Part shown: piece by piece, positions 1 through 10,422 of the stretch
How positions within the stretch are numbered: position 1 is the first letter of the stretch
How the letters are laid out: each line of letters opens with the position of its first letter
Source: an uncultured Coriobacteriia bacterium
GTDB taxonomy: Bacteria > Actinomycetota > Coriobacteriia > Anaerosomatales > PALSA-660
NCBI GenBank assembly: GCA_963701985.1
Contig: OY969691.1
Location: 191,629-255,628 of the forward strand
Direction: 5' to 3'
Length of the DNA: 64,000 bases
Program-made: the position numbers and the translations under genes
The notes under the pieces: generated by a model
Seen by the model: only the letters and a program-made list of their open reading frames with translations
Database searches by the model: none
Told to the model about the DNA's origin: nothing

Positions 1-357
1 GAGATATGGCAGGGTTTCGGCGACCTGTGCCTGTCGTGCGGCGCGTGCTCCATGGTCTGCCCGACGTGCTACTGCTTCGACGTGCACGACGAGCTCGACG
101 CGGACCAGAACTCGGGAGTGCGGGTCCGCACCTGGGACTCGTGCCAGTTCAAGGACTTCGCCAGCGTGGCGACCGGGAACTTCCGCGAGACCCGCGCGGC
201 GCGCGTCAGGTATCGCTACTACCACAAGCAGTGGGGCTATCTCGCTCGGTACGAGCATGTCCTGTGCGTGGGGTGCGGGCGCTGCGGGCGCGCCTGCAAA
301 GCAGGGATCAACCCGCCGCGGGTCATCCGCGCGCTGCAGACAGGGGTGGTCGAGTGA
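1..357 (+). CDS. hyhB: Group 3b [NiFe]-hydrogenase (sulfhydrogenase-type) beta subunit, 4Fe-4S protein; C-terminal part, 5' end off window
   Basis: Frame 1 is open from nt 1. It reads ...GDLCLSCGACSMVCPTCYCFD... and ...VLCVGCGRCGRACKAGI..., both ferredoxin-type Cys clusters. Stop TGA 355-357 overlaps the next ATG (TGATG). Gamma, delta and alpha subunits follow. Confidence 0.75.
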   Translation, partial: EIWQGFGDLCLSCGACSMVCPTCYCFDVHDELDADQNSGVRVRTWDSCQFKDFASVATGNFRETRAARVRYRYYHKQWGYLARYEHVLCVGCGRCGRACKAGINPPRVIRALQTGVVE

Positions 358-1214
358 TGCCGGCTCCGAAGGTCGCGGTCCGGAAGACCGCCAACCCCTA
401 TCGTCCCTGGCCTGCCCGCATCACGTCGATCACCGACCTCACGCCGCAGGAGAAGCTCTTCGAGTTGCGGCTGATCGACGACGGCACCCGGGACGCGTTC
501 GACTTCCAATCCGGCCAGTTCGTGGAAGTCTCGGTGTTCGGAGTGGGAGAGGCGCCGATCTCGATCTCGTCGGCGCCGAGCAAGCAGGGCTTCATCGAGC
601 TGTGCGTGCGCGACTCCGGCGACGTGACCGGCGCCTTGCACCGCAAGCGGTGCGGCGACATCGTCGGCCTGCGCGGCCCGTTCGGCCGCGGGTTCCCGTT
701 CGAGGAGATGAAGGGGCACGACGTCCTTCTCGTGGCCGGAGGGCTCGGGATCGCCCCGTTGAAATCGCTGATCAACCACATCCACGACGACCGGCACGAG
801 TTCGGCCGCGTGACGATCCTGTACGGAGCGCGCACGCCGTCCGAGATCCTCTTCCGGCGGCAGTTCGAGATGTGGCAGCACCGCGACGACTTCGATCTCG
901 TCCTGACGGTGGATCGTCCTGACGACACATGGACGGGCGAGGTCGGCCTAGTGACGAAGCTGTTCGATCGTCTCGAGTTGGATCCCTCGAACACCTACGG
1001 AGCGTTGTGCGGCCCGCCGATCATGTACCGGTTCGTGATCGCCGAGATGCGCAAGAAGGACCTGGACGTCGACAAGATCTACGTCTCCTTCGAGCGGCGC
1101 ATGAAGTGCGGCGTCGGGAGGTGCGGGCACTGCGGCGTCGGCCATCAGTACGCGTGCGTCGACGGCCCAGTGTTCAGCTACTGGGAAGCCATGAACCTTC
1201 AGGAGGCGATATAG
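357..1214 (+). CDS. hyhG: Group 3b [NiFe]-hydrogenase gamma subunit (FAD/NAD(P)-binding oxidoreductase with C-terminal 2Fe-2S)
   Basis: ATG at 357 lies inside track ORF 6..1214. The 285-aa protein has a ferredoxin-reductase-like fold (GQFVEVSVFGVGEAPISISS, LLVAGGLGIAPLKS) and a C-terminal CGVGRCGHCGVGHQYACVDGP cluster. Confidence 0.85.
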   Translation: MPAPKVAVRKTANPYRPWPARITSITDLTPQEKLFELRLIDDGTRDAFDFQSGQFVEVSVFGVGEAPISISSAPSKQGFIELCVRDSGDVTGALHRKRCGDIVGLRGPFGRGFPFEEMKGHDVLLVAGGLGIAPLKSLINHIHDDRHEFGRVTILYGARTPSEILFRRQFEMWQHRDDFDLVLTVDRPDDTWTGEVGLVTKLFDRLELDPSNTYGALCGPPIMYRFVIAEMRKKDLDVDKIYVSFERRMKCGVGRCGHCGVGHQYACVDGPVFSYWEAMNLQEAI

Positions 1215-1961
1215 ATGGCGCCGAGGCTGGTCGTGCTGTCCCTGGCCTCCGACTTCGGCTGCCAGGTGCAGATGACGAACATGACGGACGAGATCCTCGA
1301 CGTGCTCGGGCTCGTCGACCTGTCGTACTGGCAGCTCGCGACGAGCGGAGATATGCCCGACGACTACGACGTCGCGATCGTCGAAGGGGCCGTGACGACG
1401 ACCGAGCACGAGGAGCTGCTCCGCCGGGTGCGCGACACCGCCGCCGCGGTCCTGGCGATCGGCGCGTGCGCGAACACCGGCGGCATCCCGGGCATGGCGG
1501 CGCGCGGGGACCTGGAGGAGCGATACCAGCACGTGTACGGCTCCGAAGGCGAGCCCACCGCGCCCGGCAGGATCGAGCCGCGGCCGGTCGACGCCGTCAT
1601 CGATGTCGACTACCACGTGCCGGGATGCCCGATCGACCCCGTCGAGTTCATGCAGGTGCTCTCGAAGGTGCTGCAGGGGCTCAAGGACCGCGTCCCCGAC
1701 AAGACGATGTGCGCGTCGTGCAAGCTGAACGAGACGGTGTGCTTCTTCGACCGGGGCCGGGTGTGCCTCGGGCTGGTCACGCGGGCGGGCTGTGGCGCGC
1801 GCTGCCCGTCACTCGGCCGTCCGTGCTCGGGGTGCCGCGGTGTGGCGCCCGATGCGAATCTGGATGGGGCCCGAGAGGTGTTCGAGCGCTTCGGGATGGA
1901 TCCCGCCGAGCTCGTCCGCGTGCTCGGGCTCTTCAACTCGGCGAAGGAGGTGTGCGCCTAG
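1215..1961 (+). CDS. hyhS: Group 3b [NiFe]-hydrogenase small (delta) subunit, NuoB/20-kDa-like
   Basis: 248-aa ORF whose ATG directly follows the gamma-subunit stop. It carries CxxQ...GACANTGGIPG...PGCP motifs typical of the hydrogenase small subunit. Confidence 0.85.
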   Translation: MAPRLVVLSLASDFGCQVQMTNMTDEILDVLGLVDLSYWQLATSGDMPDDYDVAIVEGAVTTTEHEELLRRVRDTAAAVLAIGACANTGGIPGMAARGDLEERYQHVYGSEGEPTAPGRIEPRPVDAVIDVDYHVPGCPIDPVEFMQVLSKVLQGLKDRVPDKTMCASCKLNETVCFFDRGRVCLGLVTRAGCGARCPSLGRPCSGCRGVAPDANLDGAREVFERFGMDPAELVRVLGLFNSAKEVCA

Positions 1962-3224
1962 ATGACACGACTGACCGTTGAACACGTCGCCCGTATCGAG
2001 GGGCACGGCAACATAACCGTGGACGTGCAGGGCGGCGTCGTCCGTGACGTCCGCATGGCGATCGTGGAGCCGGCGCGCTTCTTCGAGTCCATGGTGGTGG
2101 GACGCCGCTTCGATGAGGCACCGCTCATCACGTCGCGCATCTGCGGCATCTGCTCGCCGAATCACGTCGTGACCTCGATCAAGGCCATGGAGGACGTGCT
2201 GGGCGTCGATGTGAGCGAGCGCACGAAGCTGCTGCGCAAGCTGCTCGTGTACGGCTCCTACCTGCAGAACCACGCCACGCACCTGTACGTCCTTGCGGCG
2301 CCGGACTACGTCGGGTTGCCGAGCGTCTTCCCGCTCGCGGCGACGGCTCCGGAGATCGTGGCACGCGCGCTGCGGCTGAAGAAGCTCGGGAACGACCTCA
2401 CGACGGCCGTGGGGGGCAGGCAGGTGCACCCCGTGACGGCGGTGATCGGCGGGTTCAGCGCGGAGCCCGATGCGGCGACGTTGTCGTCGCTGCGCGAGGA
2501 ACTGCTCGCGGTTGCCGATGACGCGATCAAGACGGTCGAACTGTTCGCTTCGTTCGAGATCCCCGCATTCGAGACGTCGGGCGAGATGCTCGCGCTCACG
2601 GCCGCGGACGACTACGCGATCTACGACGGCGACGCCGCCGCGCTCGATGCGGGATGGCGGCGGCCCGCGCGCGAGTATCGCTCGTTCATCACCGAGAGCG
2701 TGGTCGGGCACAGCAACGCGAAGCACTCCACGGTCGACGGGCGGACGTTCCTCGTGGGGTCGGTCGCCCGTGCGAACATCAACGGCTCCCAGCTCAACGA
2801 GGCGGGTCAGCGTGCGCTCGCGGCGGCTGGCATCCAGCTGCCGACACGGAATCCGTTCCACATGAACGTGCTGCAGGCGGTCGAGCTCGCCGACGCCGCG
2901 GCGCGGTGTGCCGGCTACATCGAACGCGCGCTCGACGAGGGCGGCTCGTCGAAGCCGGTGGCGTTCCGCGTCCGTGCCGGTGAGGGCGGGAGCGCGAGCG
3001 AGGCGCCGCGCGGCACGCTCTACCACAGCTACCGCGTCGACGACGACGGCGTCATCGTCGCGGGCGACGTCATCACCCCGACCGCGCAGAACCTCGCGAA
3101 CCTCGAGGCCGACATGCGTGCGTTCGCCCCGACCATCGCCGACGAGAACGAGGATCGGTTCAGGATCCTCGTGGAGGAGCTCGTGCGAGCGTACGACCCG
3201 TGCCTGAGCTGCTCGGTGCACTGA
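1962..3224 (+). CDS. hyhL: Group 3b [NiFe]-hydrogenase large (alpha) subunit
   Basis: 420 aa with the N-terminal RICGICSPNH and C-terminal DPCLSCSVH Ni-Fe ligand motifs. The ATG abuts the small-subunit stop. Confidence 0.9.
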   Translation: MTRLTVEHVARIEGHGNITVDVQGGVVRDVRMAIVEPARFFESMVVGRRFDEAPLITSRICGICSPNHVVTSIKAMEDVLGVDVSERTKLLRKLLVYGSYLQNHATHLYVLAAPDYVGLPSVFPLAATAPEIVARALRLKKLGNDLTTAVGGRQVHPVTAVIGGFSAEPDAATLSSLREELLAVADDAIKTVELFASFEIPAFETSGEMLALTAADDYAIYDGDAAALDAGWRRPAREYRSFITESVVGHSNAKHSTVDGRTFLVGSVARANINGSQLNEAGQRALAAAGIQLPTRNPFHMNVLQAVELADAAARCAGYIERALDEGGSSKPVAFRVRAGEGGSASEAPRGTLYHSYRVDDDGVIVAGDVITPTAQNLANLEADMRAFAPTIADENEDRFRILVEELVRAYDPCLSCSVH

Positions 3225-3510
3225 GAGCCGATCCTCGGAGCGGCTGCGAGCGGGGAGCGTCCCGGCCGGCGCCGGGCGCTCCCCGCACTTCGTGCGAGGC
3301 GGCGAGGGGACCCGCCCGCGTGGCGGCTCTAGCGCGGTGGATCGCGAGCGGACAAGATCCGAGCGGGAACCGGACAGGCCGGTGTGTCACCGTCGGGCCC
3401 GCGGGGCCGGCGGAAGGCTCGAGACCGGCGACACCGTGCACTATCATGTGCGGCGGCGTGGCAGCTCGGCGGACCGCGTCGGACCTCGCGGAACCAGTGG
3501 AAGGACCTGC

Positions 3511-3840
3511 GTGCTCGACGCCCGCGTCTTGGTCGCCATCGGCATCGCGCTGGTGCTGGTGGGTCTCGCGGCGACCGCCTGGTCGCTGCGGGGTGCCCGC
3601 CGCGCGGAGCGTGTCGCGCTCGTGACCTCGGCCGTGTTGAGCGTGCTCCCCGGTGCGAACTGCGGCTTGTGCGGCAGTACGTCCTGCTTGGCGACCGCTC
3701 GCGGGATGGCGTCGGGCCGGCTCCGTGCCGATGCGTGCGTGGCAGGGGGGCCCGCGACCGCCGGGGCGGTCCAGCTGGTGCTGGAGCAGGCCGGCGGCGC
3801 TCCGGCCGCCGTTCGCGGACCGTCTCGGCCGCCCGCCTGA
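3511..3840 (+). CDS. Small membrane-anchored Fe-S protein with an RnfB-N-terminal-like 4Fe-4S domain
   Basis: GTG 3511 is preceded by GGAAGGA. One TM helix (VLVAIGIALVLVGLAATAW) is followed by LPGANCGLCGSTSCLATARGMASG...ACVAGG, which resembles the RnfB N-terminal Cys motif. The start choice within ORF 3292..3840 is inferred. Confidence 0.45.
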   Translation: MLDARVLVAIGIALVLVGLAATAWSLRGARRAERVALVTSAVLSVLPGANCGLCGSTSCLATARGMASGRLRADACVAGGPATAGAVQLVLEQAGGAPAAVRGPSRPPA

Positions 3841-3879
3841 ACGTCGTCTCCCTCCCGGATCCCCTCGAAGTCCGTTGTC

Positions 3880-4563
3880 GTGGCACGTCGAAGGGATGGG
3901 TCGGTGGCTCCTCGTTCGGGTGCATGGCGCGACTCGCGTGACGCGGTGCTCGCGGGCAGGCCGGACGCGCTCTCGGACGCGGCGCTGGTCGGGCTGCTGG
4001 TCGGGACCGGTGGTGAGGAGCTCGGCCGGAGAGTCCTTGCGGTGCACTCGTCCCCCGACGGGCTCTGGCGGGCCTGCGGCGACGAGCTCGTGCGAGTGCC
4101 GGGCGTCGGGCCGGCAGGCGCCGCGCGTCTGCTCGCATGTCTCGAGATGTCGCGGCGGGCGGCGGCGTGGCCCGCGGGCGACCGGCCGGTGGTCTCGACC
4201 CCCGAGGACGTCGTGCGTCTGTGCGCGACACAGATGCGCGGGCTCGATCGGGAGCACTTCTGGAGCCTCGTGCTCTCGACCAAGAATCGGCTGCTGCGCA
4301 TGGTGGAGGTGTCGGTCGGTTCGCTGAACGCCTCGATCGTCCATCCGCGGGAGTTGTTCAAGGAAGCGGTGCGCCTGTCGGCCGCATCGATCGTCGTCGT
4401 GCACAACCACCCGAGCGGCGATCCGACACCCTCGGGCGCCGACCTCCAGCTCACCAGGCGGCTCGCCAAGGCCGGCGAGGTGTTGGGGATCGACGTTCTC
4501 GACCACGTCGTCATCGGCGACGGGGGAGCGCACGCTTCGCTCCGGGAGATGGGCGTGCTGTGA
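3880..4563 (+). CDS. radC: RadC-family JAB/MPN domain protein
   Basis: 227 aa with an HhH region (VRVPGVGPAGAARLL) and a C-terminal JAMM motif (HNHPSGDPTPSGADLQLT). Its position upstream of mreBCD is the classical one. The exact start is uncertain. Confidence 0.85.
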   Translation: MARRRDGSVAPRSGAWRDSRDAVLAGRPDALSDAALVGLLVGTGGEELGRRVLAVHSSPDGLWRACGDELVRVPGVGPAGAARLLACLEMSRRAAAWPAGDRPVVSTPEDVVRLCATQMRGLDREHFWSLVLSTKNRLLRMVEVSVGSLNASIVHPRELFKEAVRLSAASIVVVHNHPSGDPTPSGADLQLTRRLAKAGEVLGIDVLDHVVIGDGGAHASLREMGVL

Positions 4564-4820
4564 GGTCCGAACGGCCTCCGGGCGTGCCGCGTCCGGACGC
4601 GCCGGGCACGCGCACACACCGCGCGCGACGCGAGACCGCACCCTGATTGACGGACCGGCAACAGGAGCGCCGCGAGCAGGGGTTTTCGCACCCCTGTGCT
4701 AGACTGTGACGCGCTCGGCCGTCCACCGGAGTCTCGGGTTTCCGTCATCGACGGACGTCCGGGACTGCGTCGATTCACGAAACCGCACGGGTGCGCGGCG
4801 CCCGCGAAAGGACCTCTACA

Positions 4821-5861
<1,041 letters not shown>

Positions 5862-5907
5862 GCCGCGATCGCCTGCCGGGTGATGCGGCCGAGGGAGTTC
5901 CCCGGAC

Positions 5908-6771
5908 GTGAAGAGGCTCGAGATCGATACCCGACGTGGCGCGGGCAGGCCCGGCCTGCTCGTCGTCCTCGTCGTCGCGGCGCTGCTGGTGACCACCGTC
6001 TGGTACCGCGAGGGCACGAACGGCCCCTTGCACGTGACGCGACGGGCGCTCCTTGTGGCGACGCAACCCTTCGACGAGCTGGGCACGGCCGTGACCTCGC
6101 CGTTCCGCGCGGTCGGCGACTGGATGTCCGGTGCGTTCGCGAGCCGGGCGAGCTACCGGTCGCTGCTCGCCCAGAACCTCGAGCTGAAGCAGCGTCTGGC
6201 GGCCCTGACCGAGGAGGCGCTGCAGTACGAACGCGTGGAGGCGCTCGTGGCGTTCTCCAGCGCGCAGAACCTGCAGAGCGTCGGCGCCCGGGTCATCGGG
6301 CGGGCGACCGATGCGTGGGACGGCTCGCTCATCCTCGACAGGGGCAGCACGAGCGGCGTCCAGGCCGGTGATCCCGTCATCGCCTCGGGCGGCCTCGTCG
6401 GGCAGGTGGTCGACGTGACCCCGTGGGACTGCAAGGTGCGCCTCATCACCGACGCCGACAGCGGCGTGTCCGTGCTCGTGCAGCGCACGCGGGTGTCCGG
6501 CATCGTCCGGGGCAGTGTCGACAGGAGCTTGTCGCTCGCGTTCGTCCCGAGCTCGAAGGCGCCCAAGGTGGGCGACGTGCTGATCACATCGGCGCTCGGG
6601 GGCGTGTACCCGAAGGGCATCGTGGTCGGCGAGGTCACCGGCGTCACCGCGCAGGCGTCCGACCTGTACGCGCAGGTGACGGTCGCCTCTCGCGTCCAGC
6701 TCGGCAGCGTCGAGGAAGTGCTCGTGCTCGTGGGAGCGAACACGACGGCGACGGTCGGGGGCGGAGAATGA
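5908..6771 (+). CDS. mreC: Rod-shape-determining protein MreC
   Basis: 287 aa with an N-terminal TM helix, a coiled coil (LLAQNLELKQRLAAL) and a beta-barrel C-terminal domain (GDPVIASGGLVGQV...GGVYPKGIVVGEV). Confidence 0.9.
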   Translation: MKRLEIDTRRGAGRPGLLVVLVVAALLVTTVWYREGTNGPLHVTRRALLVATQPFDELGTAVTSPFRAVGDWMSGAFASRASYRSLLAQNLELKQRLAALTEEALQYERVEALVAFSSAQNLQSVGARVIGRATDAWDGSLILDRGSTSGVQAGDPVIASGGLVGQVVDVTPWDCKVRLITDADSGVSVLVQRTRVSGIVRGSVDRSLSLAFVPSSKAPKVGDVLITSALGGVYPKGIVVGEVTGVTAQASDLYAQVTVASRVQLGSVEEVLVLVGANTTATVGGGE

Positions 6772-7280
6772 GAAAAGCGCTGCCGACCGCGATCGTGCTC
6801 CTCGTCGCGGTGATCCTGCAGACGTCCGTCGTGCCCTATCTCGCCATCTTCGGCGTGGTGCCGAACGTGCTGTTCCTCGTCGTCATCACACTCGGCCTCA
6901 CCGAGGGACCGGCGGCGGGCGGCGTGGCCGGATTCATCGCCGGGCTGCTCATCGACCTGCTCGGCACCGGGGTGGTCGGCCCGATGGCGCTCATCCTGTG
7001 CCTCGTCGGCTACGGCGTCGGTATGCTCCAGGCCAACATGTTCGCGGAGGGGTGGCTGCTGCCCGTCACCACGGTGCTGATAGCCAGCGTCCTCACCGAG
7101 ATCTCCCACGGCGTCGTCCTCGCGGTCCTCCAGCCGGGCACGGACTTCTGGCGGGCGCTGTTCTCGGTCATGCTGCCCGGCGCGATCTACAACACCGCCG
7201 TCGCCGTGCTCGTCTACCCGTGGCTCGGGCGGCTGCTGGGCACCGACCGTCATGTCAAGTCGTTCCGGCGTCTCGCGTGA
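6768..7280 (+). CDS. mreD: Rod-shape-determining protein MreD
   Basis: ATG 6768 overlaps the mreC stop (ATGA). The 170-aa polytopic membrane protein is in the expected mreBCD order. Confidence 0.8.
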   Translation: MRKALPTAIVLLVAVILQTSVVPYLAIFGVVPNVLFLVVITLGLTEGPAAGGVAGFIAGLLIDLLGTGVVGPMALILCLVGYGVGMLQANMFAEGWLLPVTTVLIASVLTEISHGVVLAVLQPGTDFWRALFSVMLPGAIYNTAVAVLVYPWLGRLLGTDRHVKSFRRLA

Positions 7281-9139
7281 ACGTGAACGACTCTCACGAC
7301 CGGCTGAAAGGCCGCTTCGCGGTCCTCGGCATCATCGTCCTGGTGGTGCTGGGCGGGCTCGCCGCGCAGACATGGCGGATCCAGATCGCGCAAGGCGCCA
7401 GCTACTCCGCTGAAGCCAACAGCAACAGGATACGGAACGTCTCGCTCCCGGCCGCGCGCGGGCGCATCCTCGACGCCAACGGGATCCCGCTCGTCACCGA
7501 TCGCCCCGTGATGGTCGTGGACGCGCAGCCCACGGTGGCGCAGGACGCGACGCTCGTGGCGAGCATCTCGCGGGTGATCGGGGTGCCCGTCGCACAGATA
7601 CAGAAGAGCCTCACCTCCTACAAGGCGGAACCGCTCGCGCCCCGCACGCTGAAGGTGGACATCTCGATGACGACGGCCGCCTACCTCGTGGAGCACGCGC
7701 CGGAGTTCCCCGGCATCACGGTGGACCAGGGCGCGGTCCGCGAGTACCCGTACGGGTCGCTGGCCGCGCACGTGCTCGGGTACACGGGCGAGATCTCGGA
7801 GGCACAGCTACAGTCGGCGACGACGAGCGACACGGCCCCGAACGACATCGTGGGGAAGACGGGCGTCGAGTCGGCCTACGACGACGTGCTGCGCGGCGTG
7901 AAGGGCTTCGAGACCCTCGAGGTCGACAGCATGGGGCAAGTGCGCGGCGTGCTGGCCGAAGGCGCGCCGAGACCCGGTGCCGATGTCGAGCTGACGATCG
8001 ACAAGAACGTGCAGGCCGTCACCGAGAAGGCGCTCTCCGACGCCCTCGCCGAGGCGCACCGGCAAGGATTCACCAAGGCGCACGCGGGCGCGGCGGTCGT
8101 CCTCGACGTGCACACGGGCGGCGTGCTCGCCATGGCGAGCGCCCCGACCTACGACCCTTCGACGTTCCTCAACGGCATATCCGACGCCGAGTGGAAGAGC
8201 CTCACGGCGACCTCGTCGGACTACCCGCTGAACAACCGCGCGATCTCGGGCGCGTACCCGCCGGGTTCCACGTTCAAGGCCGTCGTCGCGATGGCGGCCC
8301 TGCAGGACAGCATCCTGACGCCGAGCACGGTGATCTACTGTCCGGCGCACTGGACGGGCCTGGGCAAGCAGTGGGCGAAGTGGAACTGGGACCACTACAC
8401 GAACCAGAGCCTCTCGCTCGTCGGCGCGATCGAGCAATCCAACGACAGCTTCTTCTACGAGGTGGGCAAGCGGTTCTACGAGTCGCCCGGCGAGAAGCTG
8501 CAGGCGTTCGCCCGGAGCGTCGCGTTCGGCAAGGACTCGGGCATCGACCTGGGTGGCGAAGTGCCGGGACGCGTGCCCGACGCCGCGTGGAAGAAGGCCT
8601 TCAACGCGAACTACCCCGAGTACCAGCAGTGGCTGCCCGGCGACACCGTCAACATGGCCATCGGACAGGGCGACCTGCTCGTCACGCCGCTGCAACTCGC
8701 CGACTACTACGCCGCGCTCGCCAACGGCGGCACCGTGCTCAAGCCGCACGTCCTGAAGGCGGTCCTCGATCCGGACGGCACGCCGGCGGTGGTCGCGACC
8801 ACCACACCGATCTCGACGGCGAAGCTCAGTCCCGCGAACCTGGCCGTGCTGCGCACCGCGCTCGTCGGCGTGACGACGGTCGGCACCGGCGCGTCGGCGA
8901 TGCGAGGCTTCTCCGTGCCGGTGGCGGGCAAGACCGGTACCGCGCAGATGGCGGGCAAGGACGACTACGCCTGGTTCGCCTGCTACGCTCCCGCGAACGC
9001 TCCGCGCTACGCGGTGGTCGTGCTGATCGAGCAGGGCGGTCACGGTGGGTCCGTCGCCGAGCCGGCGGCTCGCGAGATCTTGAGCAAGCTCTTCAAACTC
9101 ACGTATCACACCGTCCACGCGACCGACAACTCGAGGTAG
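7277..9139 (+). CDS. mrdA: Penicillin-binding protein 2 (elongasome transpeptidase)
   Basis: GTG 7277 overlaps the mreD stop. An N-terminal TM helix is followed by the SxxK (STFK), SxN (SND) and KTG (KTGTA) motifs. Confidence 0.9.
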   Translation: MNVNDSHDRLKGRFAVLGIIVLVVLGGLAAQTWRIQIAQGASYSAEANSNRIRNVSLPAARGRILDANGIPLVTDRPVMVVDAQPTVAQDATLVASISRVIGVPVAQIQKSLTSYKAEPLAPRTLKVDISMTTAAYLVEHAPEFPGITVDQGAVREYPYGSLAAHVLGYTGEISEAQLQSATTSDTAPNDIVGKTGVESAYDDVLRGVKGFETLEVDSMGQVRGVLAEGAPRPGADVELTIDKNVQAVTEKALSDALAEAHRQGFTKAHAGAAVVLDVHTGGVLAMASAPTYDPSTFLNGISDAEWKSLTATSSDYPLNNRAISGAYPPGSTFKAVVAMAALQDSILTPSTVIYCPAHWTGLGKQWAKWNWDHYTNQSLSLVGAIEQSNDSFFYEVGKRFYESPGEKLQAFARSVAFGKDSGIDLGGEVPGRVPDAAWKKAFNANYPEYQQWLPGDTVNMAIGQGDLLVTPLQLADYYAALANGGTVLKPHVLKAVLDPDGTPAVVATTTPISTAKLSPANLAVLRTALVGVTTVGTGASAMRGFSVPVAGKTGTAQMAGKDDYAWFACYAPANAPRYAVVVLIEQGGHGGSVAEPAAREILSKLFKLTYHTVHATDNSR

Positions 9140-9143
9140 GCAA

Positions 9144-10394
9144 GTGGCCCGATCACGTTCCCGGCTCACCGGCAGGATCTCCGACCGAGTGCATTTCGGG
9201 CTCGCCGCCGCGGCGGTCGCCCTCGTCGCCTTCGGGCAGCTCATGGTGTGGTCGGCGACGACCACCATGGCGGGGAGCGCCGGACTCGTCGAGCGCGGGC
9301 TGTTCGGCGTCGCCATCGGCCTGATCCCGCTCGTCGCGCTGTGGCTGCTCGACTACCAGGTGCTCAAGTCGTGGACGGGACCGCTCTTCATCGCGCTCGC
9401 GCTGCTGATCATCTCGCCGAGGATCCCCGGCCTCGGGCTGCAGGTCTCAGGAGCGATGTCCTGGCTGAAGATCGGCAGCTTCCGGCTGTTCCAGCCCTCC
9501 GAGCCGGCGAAGCTGCTCTTCATCGTCGTGCTCGCGGCGGTCGTCGCCGAATACCGGGGCGTCATCGACAAGCCGCGCGACGTGCTCCGCATCGTCGGCT
9601 ACATGGCGGTGCCGGTCGTGCTGATCATGCTGCAGCCGGACCTCGGAACGGGGCTCGTCTTCATCGCCACCTCGCTCGGCATCCTGCTGGTCGGCGGACT
9701 GAAAGGCAGATGGTTCGCGGTCCTCGGCGTGTGCGCGGTGCTGCTCGTCGGCGTCCTGTTCGGCGCCAACGCGTTGCTCGACCGGGCACTCCACCGCGGG
9801 CCCTACAACCCGGCCTACATCGCGGCGCTCCAGAAGGCGGGCGGGGACACGTCCGACCCCACCGTGCAGGCCATCCCGGACACGAGCGTCCTCATCAAGC
9901 AGTACCAGATCAACCGGCTCGGCGTCTTCATCGATCCGAGTCTCGACCCGAAGGGCGCGGGATACAACCTCGCGCAGTCGAAGATCGCCATCGGATCGGG
10001 CGGGCTGACCGGCAAGGGCCTGCGCGCCGGGTCGCAGAGCAACCTGAACTTCATCCCGGCACGCGATACCGACTTCATCTTCTCGGTCGTCGGCGAGCAG
10101 CTCGGATTCCTCGGGGCGCTGCTGCTGCTCGGGATGTACCTCGCGCTGCTCGCGGCGGCGCTCTCCATATCGGCGTCGAGCCGCGACCTGTTCGGCTCGC
10201 TGGTCGCCGCGGGGCTGATATCGATGTGGCTGTTCCAGATCCTCGAGAACATGGGAATGACGGTGGGCGTGATGCCGATCACCGGGATCCCGCTCCCGTT
10301 CATGAGCTATGGATCCTCGTTCATGGTCACCAGCCTTGCGGGTATCGGTATGCTGTTGTCGATCTGGTCTCGGCGGTACGGGACCAGCGTCTGA
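9144..10394 (+). CDS. rodA: SEDS-family peptidoglycan polymerase RodA
   Basis: 416-aa FtsW/RodA/SpoVE family protein (...SKIAIGSGGLTGKG...PARDTDFIFSVVGEQLG...TGIPLPFMSYGSS) located directly after PBP2. Confidence 0.9.
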   Translation: MARSRSRLTGRISDRVHFGLAAAAVALVAFGQLMVWSATTTMAGSAGLVERGLFGVAIGLIPLVALWLLDYQVLKSWTGPLFIALALLIISPRIPGLGLQVSGAMSWLKIGSFRLFQPSEPAKLLFIVVLAAVVAEYRGVIDKPRDVLRIVGYMAVPVVLIMLQPDLGTGLVFIATSLGILLVGGLKGRWFAVLGVCAVLLVGVLFGANALLDRALHRGPYNPAYIAALQKAGGDTSDPTVQAIPDTSVLIKQYQINRLGVFIDPSLDPKGAGYNLAQSKIAIGSGGLTGKGLRAGSQSNLNFIPARDTDFIFSVVGEQLGFLGALLLLGMYLALLAAALSISASSRDLFGSLVAAGLISMWLFQILENMGMTVGVMPITGIPLPFMSYGSSFMVTSLAGIGMLLSIWSRRYGTSV

Positions 10395-10422
10395 CGGTCG
10401 CGATGAGGGAAGTGGGGTTGCC

